Below the pieces are notes generated by a model that worked only from the letters and a program-made list of their open reading frames with translations, was not told the DNA's origin and ran no database searches. Positions 15,861 to 25,056 of a DNA stretch of 38,937 nucleotides are shown here, piece by piece (position 1 is the stretch's first letter; every line of letters begins with the position of its first letter). The DNA is from a virus (Duplodnaviria > Caudoviricetes): positions 1 through 38,937 of IMG/VR virus record IMGVR_UViG_3300032024_000415; one strand, given 5' to 3'. The position numbers were made by a program, and so were the translations under genes.

Positions 15861-15922
15861 TGAATAGAGAAAGCCCACGTTGATAGTTATGTTTATTCAG
15901 GATTTTTTTTAGTAGTTTCAAT

Positions 15923-16366
15923 ATGTCAGACCAAAAACAAGCCTCTTCCAATGTGCATTATTTGCCTGGGAGCGGCCAAGTTACGTCTGAGCAAATCGCA
16001 GAGGCTGAGGAATTTAAACCAGTTATGTCCGCCGCTGCCGGTGCAGTCTGGGATAGGTTGGCTCCTGAAATGATGCTGTTGGGCCGACTCAAACCGCATT
16101 TCATCGCCGCCTTTGCCGAATATTGTTACCTGTTGGCTCGCATTTCCGAGACTCGCCAGTTCTTGATCGACAACGATGAGACCTATGAGATTATGGGCCG
16201 CAATGGCGCTCAGATAAAAAGCCGTCCGCAAGTCGCTCAGATGAATGACGACTGGCGAAAATTGGCGAGGCTGACTTCCTGCTTCGGCCTCACGCCCTCT
16301 GACGAAAAATCACTGGTTAACTCCATACAAGGCAGTCTGCTCGATGAGTTCGCCGAGTTTAAGTGA
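15923..16366 (+). CDS. Terminase small subunit (P27 family)
   Basis: VWDRLAP...FAEYC...SRPQV...FGLTP. Confidence 0.85.
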   Translation: MSDQKQASSNVHYLPGSGQVTSEQIAEAEEFKPVMSAAAGAVWDRLAPEMMLLGRLKPHFIAAFAEYCYLLARISETRQFLIDNDETYEIMGRNGAQIKSRPQVAQMNDDWRKLARLTSCFGLTPSDEKSLVNSIQGSLLDEFAEFK

Positions 16367-18050
16367 TGCCGAGTTCCATCCGCATATCGTTGACGTCTTT
16401 TCTTATGCCAATGCGGTGGTCAGTGGAGAAAAACTCGCCTGTCAACTGGAAATATTAGCCTGCCAGCGATTTTTTAAGGATCTTGATCGAGATTTTGATT
16501 ACAGTTTCAATCACGAGCTGGCGATCCGGGCCATTAATTTTATTGAAAAACTGCCGCATGTCAAAGGTGCTTGGGCAGCCAAGCGCTTACGCATTACCTT
16601 GCAGCCCTGGCAGAAATTCATTATTGCCAATATCTTCGGCTGGATACACACCGTCACCGGATTTCGGCGGTTTAGAAAAGTTTATGCCCGGATCCCGCGC
16701 AAAAACGGCAAAAGCGTACTGGCCGCGGCCATCGGCGTTTACATGCTGGTTGCCGATCATGAGCATGGTGCCGAAATCTACTGCGGCGCTACCACAGAAA
16801 AGCAGGCTTGGGAGGTTTTCCGCCCGGCCAAACAGATGATTGAAAAGTCGCCCAGCCTGCGCCGCACCTTTGGCGTCCAGGTCAACGCCAAAAGCATCAC
16901 CGCCGCCAATGATTCCAGATTCGAAGCCGTCATCGGCAAACCGGGCGATGGTGCCAGTCCGTCCTGCGCGATCGTCGATGAATACCATGAGCATGTAACC
17001 GCCGATCTTTACGACACTATGGACACCGGCATGGGCGCCAGGGAACAGGGTCTGATGCTGGTCATCACAACCTCGGGCGCTAACATATCCGGACCATGCT
17101 ATGAGCTGGAAAAAGATGTCGAGCGGGTTTTATGCGGCCTGGTCGATAACGACGAAGTTTTCGGCATACTTTTCGGCATCGACAAGGGCGACGACTGGAC
17201 GGCCGAGTCCAGCCTGATCAAAGCCAACCCAAACTGGGGGATTTCAGTCGGTTCGGATTTCCTGAAAGCGGCGCAAAAGTACGCAATCCAGAACAGCAGC
17301 AAGCAAAACAGCTTCAAAACCAAACATTTAAACGTCTGGTGCTGGGCAAAATCGGCCTATTTCAATGCCCAAAGCTGGGTAGAGTGCAGCGATACCGCGC
17401 TGAACATCAACGATTTCATGGCCGACGACTGCTTTATCGGTGCCGATCTCGCCAAAATATGGGACATAAGCAGCCTGGCTATCGTATTTCGCCGGGTCAT
17501 CGACGGCCACAAACACTATTACGTCTTTACCAAAAACTATCTGCCTGAAGATACCATCAGCAGCGATGATTTCCCGCAATTGAAAGAGCTCTACGAAAAG
17601 TGGCTAAATGACGGCCACCTGTTGATTGGCGGCGATGCCGAAATGGATTTCAGGATCATCTCCGATGAAATCATCGGCATGAAAGAGGCCGGTTTTAACA
17701 TCCTCGAAGTGCCGCACGATCCGCACTATGCGTTTTTAATCGCCCGAGACCTGGCTGAAGCGGGCCTGGTACCGGTCGAAATCAAACAGCATGGCTCCAA
17801 CCTTGGCCCCGGTATGCGCGAGATCGAGGCCGCCATCGCCGCCGGTCGTATCCATCACGACGGCAACCCCTTAACCAACTGGTGCATCTCCAACGTGCTG
17901 GGTAAAGAATATTCAAACGGAGGACTGATGCCGGACAAAGAAAACAAGATCAGCAAGATCGATGCTGCTGTCGCGCTGATTATGGCCGTTGCCAGAGCCG
18001 TATTGGGTGAAGACCTACCGCCGCCGCCTCCCGTGGTCGAGTTCTGGTAA
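16344..18050 (+). CDS. Terminase large subunit
   Basis: LQPWQ, IPRKNGKS Walker A, IVDEYH Walker B, KANPNWG, KIDAAVA. Confidence 0.96.
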   Translation: MSSPSLSDAEFHPHIVDVFSYANAVVSGEKLACQLEILACQRFFKDLDRDFDYSFNHELAIRAINFIEKLPHVKGAWAAKRLRITLQPWQKFIIANIFGWIHTVTGFRRFRKVYARIPRKNGKSVLAAAIGVYMLVADHEHGAEIYCGATTEKQAWEVFRPAKQMIEKSPSLRRTFGVQVNAKSITAANDSRFEAVIGKPGDGASPSCAIVDEYHEHVTADLYDTMDTGMGAREQGLMLVITTSGANISGPCYELEKDVERVLCGLVDNDEVFGILFGIDKGDDWTAESSLIKANPNWGISVGSDFLKAAQKYAIQNSSKQNSFKTKHLNVWCWAKSAYFNAQSWVECSDTALNINDFMADDCFIGADLAKIWDISSLAIVFRRVIDGHKHYYVFTKNYLPEDTISSDDFPQLKELYEKWLNDGHLLIGGDAEMDFRIISDEIIGMKEAGFNILEVPHDPHYAFLIARDLAEAGLVPVEIKQHGSNLGPGMREIEAAIAAGRIHHDGNPLTNWCISNVLGKEYSNGGLMPDKENKISKIDAAVALIMAVARAVLGEDLPPPPPVVEFW

Positions 18051-19300
18051 TGGCGAATTTTTTAACCAAACAGCGCGCCTGGCCTTGGCAGAAAAAAAGC
18101 ACCGGTTCGGACATATCCGACATCTGGGCGCAATTAATCGGCCAGGCGGCGTCCAAATCCGGCATCAATGTAACCTGGAAGACCGTTTTGCAGTATTCCA
18201 CTGCCCAGGCGTGCGTCCGGATCATTGCCGAAGACATCGCCCAGCTGCCGTTTGCCACCTATAAATCGTTAGCGGACGGCGGCAGCGAGGCAATCCCCGG
18301 TCATCCGACCTATAAGCTGATCAAAACCAAGCCGAATGACGACCAGACTGCGTTCGAGATGCGCGAACAGATCGGCATGCACCTGGTGTTGACCAATAAC
18401 GCCTATGTTTACAAAAACATAGTGCGCGGCAAAGTGGCGGAATTACTGCCGTTCGAGCCGCATCAAGTCCGACCAATCCGCAAAAACAACGAAACCACCT
18501 ATGAACTGACGCTGGCGGATGGTTATAAAACCGTTGTCCCGAAAAACGAAATTTGGCATTTGCGCGGACCGAGCTGGAACGGATTGCAAGGACTGGACGG
18601 CGTACGTCTGATGCGTGACACCATCGGCCTGGCATTGGCACTGGAAAACCACGGCTCGCGGATGTTCAGCAACGGCGCTACCGTTGGCGGCATTTTGTCA
18701 ACCGATGCCCAATTGACACCGGACCAATCCAAAGCGCTGCGTGAAAGCTGGTCAGAGCGGCAATCCGGCGGCGAAAATGCCTACAAAACCGCCGTGATGT
18801 GGGGCGGTATGAAGTGGGCGCCGATGGCAACGCCCAACGATTCGGCGCAATTTCTGGAATCCCGCCGTTTCCAGGTAGAAGAATCCTGCCGGCATTTCAA
18901 GGTGTTGCCGATGATGGTCGGCCATGCCGATAAAACCACGACCTACGCCAGCGCCGAGCAAATGGTGCTGATTCATTTGCGGCAAACATTGGGCCCCTGG
19001 CTAACCCGGATCGAACAATCGGCCAACTGCAATCTGCTGACCGATGAAGAACTGGCCGACGGATACTTTACTAAATTCACCCGCAACGCCTTATTGGCGA
19101 TGACGACCCAAGCCCGCTCCGAATTTTACTCGAAAATGTACGGCATCGGCGCATTGAACCCCAACGAGATCCGGGCACTTGAAGACCTTAATCCCTATTT
19201 CGGGGGTGAAAAATATCGTGTCCCATTAAATATGGTCGATCCTGCCGCAATAGACCAACCACCCACCGACGGGAAGACCAATAATGACAATGCTGCATAA
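18050..19300 (+). CDS. HK97-family portal protein
   Basis: ACVRIIAEDIAQLP, AQFLESRRF, NPNEIRALEDL. Confidence 0.95.
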   Translation: MANFLTKQRAWPWQKKSTGSDISDIWAQLIGQAASKSGINVTWKTVLQYSTAQACVRIIAEDIAQLPFATYKSLADGGSEAIPGHPTYKLIKTKPNDDQTAFEMREQIGMHLVLTNNAYVYKNIVRGKVAELLPFEPHQVRPIRKNNETTYELTLADGYKTVVPKNEIWHLRGPSWNGLQGLDGVRLMRDTIGLALALENHGSRMFSNGATVGGILSTDAQLTPDQSKALRESWSERQSGGENAYKTAVMWGGMKWAPMATPNDSAQFLESRRFQVEESCRHFKVLPMMVGHADKTTTYASAEQMVLIHLRQTLGPWLTRIEQSANCNLLTDEELADGYFTKFTRNALLAMTTQARSEFYSKMYGIGALNPNEIRALEDLNPYFGGEKYRVPLNMVDPAAIDQPPTDGKTNNDNAA

Positions 19301-20021
19301 AAAAACCGCCCAGTCCGCCGCACTGGAAACCAAACGCATCAATTTCGCCGAATGCAAACTGGCCGTTGACGGCACTGCCGACGTGATGGAGTTTTCCGGT
19401 TACGGCGCGGCATTCGGCAACATCGACAGTTACGGCGACGTAATCGAGAAAGGCGCTTTTTCCGCTTACCTGGCCGATGTGCAATCAGGCAAACAAAACT
19501 GGCCTGCGATGTTAATGCAACATGGCGGATGGGGCGTCAGCGCCGATGATTTTACCCCGGTCGGCGTCTATTCCGACTTGTCTGAAGATGATTTCGGCCT
19601 GAAAACATCCGGTACCTTGGCACCCACGCCGCGCGGTACCGAGGCTTACGCGCTGATGAAAATGGAGCCACGGCCTGCTATTTCCGGCCTATCCATCGGT
19701 TATTTTGTGCGCGAATCGGCCTATGGCGGAAAAAATGACCCCTACGACCGGCTGATCAAGCAAATCGACCTGATAGAGATCAGCATCGTCACATTCCCAG
19801 CCAATGATAAGGCCCGGATCGGTCATGTTAAATCCGCCGAGGATTTTACCGAAAGAGAATTTGAGAAGCTCCTGCGGGATGTAGTCGGGCTAAGTCAAAA
19901 GGAAGCAAAAACGGTTATCAGCCGTGGCTTCCGGCAATTGGTTACCGAGCGGGATGCCGGTAGTGAAGAGCTTAAACAAATTTCTGCGCTACTTGCGCAC
20001 AATTCCACTATTTTTAAATAA
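19284..20021 (+). CDS. HK97-family prohead protease
   Basis: FSGYGAAFGNIDSYGD, LMQH, GLSIGY, EISIVTFPAN. Confidence 0.95.
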   Translation: MTMLHKKTAQSAALETKRINFAECKLAVDGTADVMEFSGYGAAFGNIDSYGDVIEKGAFSAYLADVQSGKQNWPAMLMQHGGWGVSADDFTPVGVYSDLSEDDFGLKTSGTLAPTPRGTEAYALMKMEPRPAISGLSIGYFVRESAYGGKNDPYDRLIKQIDLIEISIVTFPANDKARIGHVKSAEDFTEREFEKLLRDVVGLSQKEAKTVISRGFRQLVTERDAGSEELKQISALLAHNSTIFK

Positions 20022-20037
20022 ACCAGGAGTCAAACTT

Positions 20038-21384
20038 ATGAAATTAACATCCCGCGTGGTGTGGTCGCTGTTTGCGATCCTCGCCGTATTTATCGCCCAG
20101 GCTTTGGGCTATACCGCCTCAGCCGAGGAATTGACCGCCGGCGGTCTGATGTTGGCCGGTGTCGGCGAAATCGAACTGAAAGACATCAACGACGCCCTGA
20201 CCAACCAGGGCCATATTTTCGAGGAATTCAAGAAAAAGAACGACGAGCGGTTGGCGGCCATTGAATCCCAGGGCTATGCGCCCGCCGATTTGACCGAGCA
20301 GGTGGACAGACTCAGCGCGGCCATGACCAAATTGGACAAGGAAGTTCTGGAGTTCCAGAAAAAGGCCGGCAGGCCCAACATCGGTGGCGGCGACATGACC
20401 GAGGAGCAGCGCGACTACAAAACCGCGTTCAATCGCTTCTTGAGAAAAGGCGACGAGACCGGTCTGGCCGAGTTGCAACGCAAGGCGATGAATACCGGCT
20501 CGGATCCCGACGGCGGATACCTGGTGCTGCCGGAAATGGATCTGATGATCGACCGTATCGCACCGACCATCAGCGCGATGTTCCGTCTGGCCAATACCGT
20601 CACCATCGGCTCAGCGCAATACCAGAAATTGGTGAAAAAATCCGGCATGGCGATGCGGCGTGTGGGCGAAGGCGCAACCGGCGGCGAAACTACCGAGCCG
20701 ACTTACGCCAAAATCCTGATCGATGTGCATGAGGCCGAAGTCGAGCCTTGGGTTTACAACGCCACGCTCGAAGATGCGTTTATCGACCTGGAACAGGATC
20801 TGGCCAACGAAGCGGCCATCGGTTTTGCCGAGGGTGCGGGTGCCGAATTCATTACCGGCAACGGCGTCGGCAAGGCGCGAGGTATTGCCGCCTATGACAT
20901 GGTAGCCAATGCGTCGTTTGCCTGGGGCAAGGTCGGTTATATCCTGTCCGGTAAATCGGCGGCGTTTGCGTCCGTGGCCCCTGCCGACAAGATTGTCGAT
21001 CTCCAGCATTCTCTGAAATCGCAATATCGTCCGGGTGCGGTTTGGCTGGCCAATGATGCGACCTTGGGAAAAATCCGTCAATTAAAAGACGGTTCTGGCG
21101 CTTATTACATTTGGCAGCCCGATCCCGCTGCGGCGTTCGGCGGTCGTCTGCTGGGCAATCCGGTCGAAGTTGACGACAACGTGGCCGATCTGGCGGCGGC
21201 GTCTTATTCGCTGGCGTTCGGCAACTTCAAACGCGGTTATACCATCGTTAATCGCACAGGCACCACGCTGATCCGCGACAACATCACCGCCAAAGGCACG
21301 ACAAAATTTAACTTCCGCCGCCGTTTTGGTGGAGGCATCACGAATTTTGAAGCCATTAAGCTGATGAAATTCGCCACCAGCTAA
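20038..21384 (+). CDS. HK97-fold major capsid protein
   Basis: AGGAG RBS before ATG 20038; DGGYLV, FITGNG, LKDGSGAYYIW, FGNFKRGY, EAIKLMK. Confidence 0.95.
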   Translation: MKLTSRVVWSLFAILAVFIAQALGYTASAEELTAGGLMLAGVGEIELKDINDALTNQGHIFEEFKKKNDERLAAIESQGYAPADLTEQVDRLSAAMTKLDKEVLEFQKKAGRPNIGGGDMTEEQRDYKTAFNRFLRKGDETGLAELQRKAMNTGSDPDGGYLVLPEMDLMIDRIAPTISAMFRLANTVTIGSAQYQKLVKKSGMAMRRVGEGATGGETTEPTYAKILIDVHEAEVEPWVYNATLEDAFIDLEQDLANEAAIGFAEGAGAEFITGNGVGKARGIAAYDMVANASFAWGKVGYILSGKSAAFASVAPADKIVDLQHSLKSQYRPGAVWLANDATLGKIRQLKDGSGAYYIWQPDPAAAFGGRLLGNPVEVDDNVADLAAASYSLAFGNFKRGYTIVNRTGTTLIRDNITAKGTTKFNFRRRFGGGITNFEAIKLMKFATS

Positions 21385-21400
21385 GCATCTCCACCCAACA

Positions 21401-21425
21401 AGGCGCACTCCGGTGCGCCTTTTTT
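21401..21425 (+). terminator. Terminator after capsid gene
   Basis: AGGCGCAC-TCCG-GTGCGCCT-TTTTT. Confidence 0.8.
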
Positions 21426-21472
21426 ATGTCTGCACTATTGCGGAAAGCAAACCTCTTTCCAGGGAACTTATC

Positions 21473-21901
21473 ATGAGAGATTTACACAACAACCTGCGCA
21501 CCAAAACCGTCGTCGTTCCGGCGGCAATCGGCGCAAATGCGACCAAATCCGGCCTGGTTATCGATCGTCAAGGCTACGGCGGCGTCGAGTTCGTCGCGGC
21601 CTACGGCTCGGTGACTACCACCGGCTCCATTGTTACCCTGGTGGTCAAGGAAGGCGATGTAAGCGGCACCTTAACATCGGTCGCCGATGCCGATTTATTG
21701 GGCACCGAGGCGCTGGCTAGTCTGCTGGCTGGCGCTCGCGTGGCTGGCACCGGCAAAGAGGTGACCAAGCGCGTCGGCTACAAAGGCCTGAAACGCTATG
21801 TGACTGTCGATGCGGTGCAAAGCGGCGTAACTTCCGTCGGTGTTGTCGCGGTTGCAGCCTTGCTGCATAGCCCCAACCTTGCGCCTACGACTAACCCATA
21901 A
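21473..21901 (+). CDS. Probable capsid decoration/cement protein
   Basis: MRDLHNN...IDRQGY...GYKGLKRYV beta-rich protein directly after the capsid gene. Confidence 0.65.
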   Translation: MRDLHNNLRTKTVVVPAAIGANATKSGLVIDRQGYGGVEFVAAYGSVTTTGSIVTLVVKEGDVSGTLTSVADADLLGTEALASLLAGARVAGTGKEVTKRVGYKGLKRYVTVDAVQSGVTSVGVVAVAALLHSPNLAPTTNP

Positions 21902-21990
21902 CAACCCCCACCCCCTGCAAATAGGGCGAACGCTCACCCGTTCGTCGCCGTGGAACTCGGCCCCCTTTATTTTCTGGTGAGAGAAAAAAC

Positions 21991-23325
21991 ATGACATTGA
22001 AAGATACTGGCGAAAGACAAGTTTCCCCAACGATTGACGGCATAAGACGTGATCATGTCGCGCGTTACGAATTTGCGGCGCAAAAAATAACGGAAGGCTC
22101 AAAAGTTATCGATTTCGCCTGCGGCATCGGTTACGGCTGCCGGATCATGGCTGACGCTGGATTGTACGCTACCGGATTGGATCTAGATCCAGAGGCTATC
22201 AAGTACGCCAATAAATATTACGATATTCCATATACATTTTTTGCAACAGGCAACGCCAATGCCCCCGGCGAGTTAGGCAATTATGATGCCGCCGTCTGCT
22301 TCGAGACCATCGAACACCTTGAAGACCCGCGCCCCTTATTAAAAGCGCTTCGACTGTCGGCCCCGCTGCTGATTTGCAGCGTACCGAACGAAGACGTGAT
22401 GCCTTACGAATTTGCGCCTGGTCAGACCTACGCCTTTCACCACCGGCATTACACCAAACATCAGTTCAACGCGCTGTTGCAGGAATGCGGCTGGTGCGTG
22501 ACCGAATGGCACGGCCAAACCGGACCGGAATCGGAAGTCGAGCCCAACAACAACGGCCGCACCCTGATAGCCATTTGCCAGCGCGATGAGATCCGCGAGC
22601 TGGACCCTGAAAAACGCCATGTCGCTATTCTCGGCCTGGGTCCCAGTCTGGATCAATACCTGGAAATCACCAAGCGCCTCGGCGGGCGCCACAGGTTATG
22701 CGATGAAACCTGGGCGATCAACGCGCTGGGCAACGTGTTCGACTGCGACCTGGTGTTTCACATGGATGACGTGCGCATTCAGCAGATCCGCGCCGAAGCG
22801 GCCCCGGCCTCCAACATCGCGGCGATGCTGGACTGGATTAAAACCAGCCGCGTTCCGGTCGTGACCAGCCGGGCGCATGCAGATTACCCGGCTTTAGTGG
22901 AGTTTCCGCTGGAAGATGTGCTCAATCACCTGGGCCACGATTATTTCAACAATACGGCCGCCTACGCGGTCGCCTTTGCGATCCATACCGGCGTCACCAA
23001 AATCAGCCTGTTCGGCATGGATTACACTTACCCGAATGCGCACGATGCCGAAAAAGGCCGGGCCTGTGTGGAATTCTGGCTGGGACAGGCGCACGCGCGC
23101 GGCATCGAAATCAGCCTGCCGAAAACCACAACCTTGATGGACTCGATGTATTCAAGGGCGTCCAGGCTCTATGGCTACGACACGCTGGATGTTGATTTTC
23201 AGAGTCAGGCCGATGGCAGTCTGAAGCTGAATTTTACCCCGCGCGAGGCATTGCCGACCGCTGCCGAGATCGAGAAAAATTACGATCATTCAGCGCCCAT
23301 TTCTGATCAGCACATCCAAAAGTAG
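21991..23325 (+). CDS. Class I SAM methyltransferase fused to a sialyltransferase/Maf(DUF115)-like domain
   Basis: N-terminal HVARYEFA...IDFACGIGYG...CFETIEHL; C-terminal VAILGLGPSL...WAIN...NTAAYAVAFA...ISLFGMDY. Confidence 0.75.
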   Translation: MTLKDTGERQVSPTIDGIRRDHVARYEFAAQKITEGSKVIDFACGIGYGCRIMADAGLYATGLDLDPEAIKYANKYYDIPYTFFATGNANAPGELGNYDAAVCFETIEHLEDPRPLLKALRLSAPLLICSVPNEDVMPYEFAPGQTYAFHHRHYTKHQFNALLQECGWCVTEWHGQTGPESEVEPNNNGRTLIAICQRDEIRELDPEKRHVAILGLGPSLDQYLEITKRLGGRHRLCDETWAINALGNVFDCDLVFHMDDVRIQQIRAEAAPASNIAAMLDWIKTSRVPVVTSRAHADYPALVEFPLEDVLNHLGHDYFNNTAAYAVAFAIHTGVTKISLFGMDYTYPNAHDAEKGRACVEFWLGQAHARGIEISLPKTTTLMDSMYSRASRLYGYDTLDVDFQSQADGSLKLNFTPREALPTAAEIEKNYDHSAPISDQHIQK

Positions 23326-23330
23326 AAACT

Positions 23331-23603
23331 ATGACTCTTATACTATTATTACTGACCGGTTTTGCCGGGCTGTTTGCGCATTGGTATAAGCGCTGGTTAC
23401 GCGGCCAGACAGTAGCTGGATTCATCGACTATATGAGCACGCATAAGCGCCATTCAGCGGCCTCGGTGCTCAGCTTATTTGGCGCAATAGCGGTTATATG
23501 TGCAGGCGCTGATGTTGAGCTAACCCAGCAATCGGTGGCATTGGCATTCACGGCAGGTTTCAGCGTTGACAGCACGCTGAACAAATCGCCGGATGAGGTT
23601 TAG
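23331..23603 (+). CDS. Probable holin (three hydrophobic segments)
   Basis: 90 aa, three hydrophobic stretches, immediately before the spanins. Confidence 0.55.
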   Translation: MTLILLLLTGFAGLFAHWYKRWLRGQTVAGFIDYMSTHKRHSAASVLSLFGAIAVICAGADVELTQQSVALAFTAGFSVDSTLNKSPDEV

Positions 23604-23606
23604 GTC

Positions 23607-24092
23607 ATGAACATGATCGTCATTATCGCCGTCGCACACATTGTCGCATTCGGCAGCGGCTTCAGCATGGCATGGAAAGCCGGAAACCGGAATATCGCCC
23701 AACTGGAGGCACAAATTGAACAGTCCAATCTTTCGGCAGCGCTTGTATTATCGGATGCCGCCGACAGAACCGCCAAAGCCGAGTCCGAGGCGGCGAACAC
23801 CGTACTACTATTGGAGAGTGAATATGTTAAAGCGACTCAATCTGCTGATAATACTCGTCGTACTCTTAGCGCTATGCGCCTGCGCGACCCCGGCCAGCGT
23901 CAGCGTTGTGCAGACTCCGTGTCAAAAAGTGCAAGTACCCAAGAGCCTGAAACAGATCCCGACCCCGGCCAACTTTCAAAAGAGCTTTCAGGATTTCTTC
24001 GGGCAGAAGCCTACCGGGCCGACACCGTAGCCAACTACGCCGACGAGTGTCATAAGTTTGTTATGAGTAACTGCGGGATAGCGCTACAATAG
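23607..24092 (+). CDS. Rz-like inner-membrane spanin
   Basis: N-terminal TM, Ala/Glu helical domain, LRDPG motif, embedded lipoprotein gene. Confidence 0.75.
   Translation: MNMIVIIAVAHIVAFGSGFSMAWKAGNRNIAQLEAQIEQSNLSAALVLSDAADRTAKAESEAANTVLLLESEYVKATQSADNTRRTLSAMRLRDPGQRQRCADSVSKSASTQEPETDPDPGQLSKELSGFLRAEAYRADTVANYADECHKFVMSNCGIALQ
23824..24030 (+). CDS. Rz1-like outer-membrane spanin lipoprotein embedded in Rz (+1 frame)
   Basis: GGAG RBS; MLKRLNLLIILVVLLALCAC lipobox; Pro-rich mature part. Confidence 0.75.
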   Translation: MLKRLNLLIILVVLLALCACATPASVSVVQTPCQKVQVPKSLKQIPTPANFQKSFQDFFGQKPTGPTP

Positions 24093-24112
24093 GAAAACTG
24101 ACCTATGAAACT

Positions 24113-24496
24113 ATGGAAACTATGGAAACTATGGAAACTTTAGAAAATAATAAAATTAAAGCAGATGTAATCAATGGCGAAGAGTATTTTTCTATCAGTG
24201 AATTAGAGCGATTGATTAGAGAAAAGGAAATTGAAGTTGGTATCAGCCTGCCTGGTCTATGGACAAATTCTGATGGATTAAAAGGCGATGAAACTATAGA
24301 CCCACTTGCAGTATATGTGCAAATAAATGACGAAGATTATCCAGCGGTTATTATTAATTTTTCTGAAGAACTGCGAGACCTAATAAGAGACAAAGAAGGT
24401 GGATATAAGTCCTGGCCAGGAACAAAAAGAATGCGCGATCAACTTGAAAGACTGGTTAATGAGATGGACGACTGGGACGAAAATAAAGCCAAGTAG
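24113..24496 (+). CDS. Acidic AT-rich hypothetical protein (moron)
   Basis: Low GC; begins with 9-bp repeat CTATGGAAA x3 (METMETMET); flanked by duplicated Rz 3' ends. Confidence 0.7.
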   Translation: METMETMETLENNKIKADVINGEEYFSISELERLIREKEIEVGISLPGLWTNSDGLKGDETIDPLAVYVQINDEDYPAVIINFSEELRDLIRDKEGGYKSWPGTKRMRDQLERLVNEMDDWDENKAK

Positions 24497-24514
24497 CCAA
24501 GTAGCCAGGTAGCC

Positions 24515-24598
24515 GAGGCCTACCGGGCCGACACCGTAGCTAATTACGCCGATGAATGTCACCGATTTGTTGCCGCTAATTGCGGGATTTCGCCTTAA
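24515..24598 (+). pseudogene. Diverged duplicate of the Rz 3' end (cf. 24006-24092)
   Basis: Encodes EAYRADTVANYADECHRFVAANCGISP versus EAYRADTVANYADECHKFVMSNCGIALQ. Confidence 0.85.
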
Positions 24599-24758
24599 TT
24601 ACAAACAGCTCGTAAAGTGCGGCGTCCATCTGTCGGTCGCCTGCCTCCCACTGTTGCCAGCAGCGGAGTTTTTTGTATATCAGCTCCGCCGCGTGGGTCT
24701 GGGTTAAGCCCGCATCCATGCGGGCTTGTTTGATCTGTTGGGGCGTTGGGTTGTTCAA
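24576..24758 (-). CDS. Small XRE-family HTH regulator (Aca-like)
   Basis: NPTPQQIKQARMDAGLTQTHAAELI...WQQWEAGDRQM; TTGA overlap with upstream gene. Confidence 0.85.
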   Translation of the reverse strand: MNNPTPQQIKQARMDAGLTQTHAAELIYKKLRCWQQWEAGDRQMDAALYELFVIKAKSRN

Positions 24759-25012
24759 AGATCCATCCCAGACAACTGATTCTCATAACGTAATTTCAAA
24801 TTATCAACCGTTACAATCTCAGATTTCGCTTCGTGAGAATACAGCCCGGAATGTGATGACCTGCCTGTGTATATTTCATAAAAACCAGCGGTATCAGTTT
24901 TAAAAACAGTCCTTGTTATTTTTCTAGGATCGTTATTTGTTTCTGTCCCCCAGTCGGTTACTGTGCAAACTTTTTCATCAGTTGCTTTTATTGCTGATTT
25001 TAAATTGCTCAT
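24755..25012 (-). CDS. 85-aa hypothetical protein (anti-CRISPR/anti-defence or toxin candidate)
   Basis: GGAG RBS; own promoter; coupled to the HTH gene. Confidence 0.7.
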   Translation of the reverse strand: MSNLKSAIKATDEKVCTVTDWGTETNNDPRKITRTVFKTDTAGFYEIYTGRSSHSGLYSHEAKSEIVTVDNLKLRYENQLSGMDL

Positions 25013-25056
25013 CGTCGTATCTCCAAAAGGACTTCAGTTATTGAAACCATGATTCT

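Noticed and set aside
19924-20037. Longer capsid start given in the ORF track
   Set aside because: Overlaps the protease gene; ATG 20038 has a clear AGGAG RBS
24006-24598. Rz 3' duplication as a DGR template/variable repeat pair
   Set aside because: Differences are mainly synonymous and not confined to adenines, and no reverse transcriptase is present
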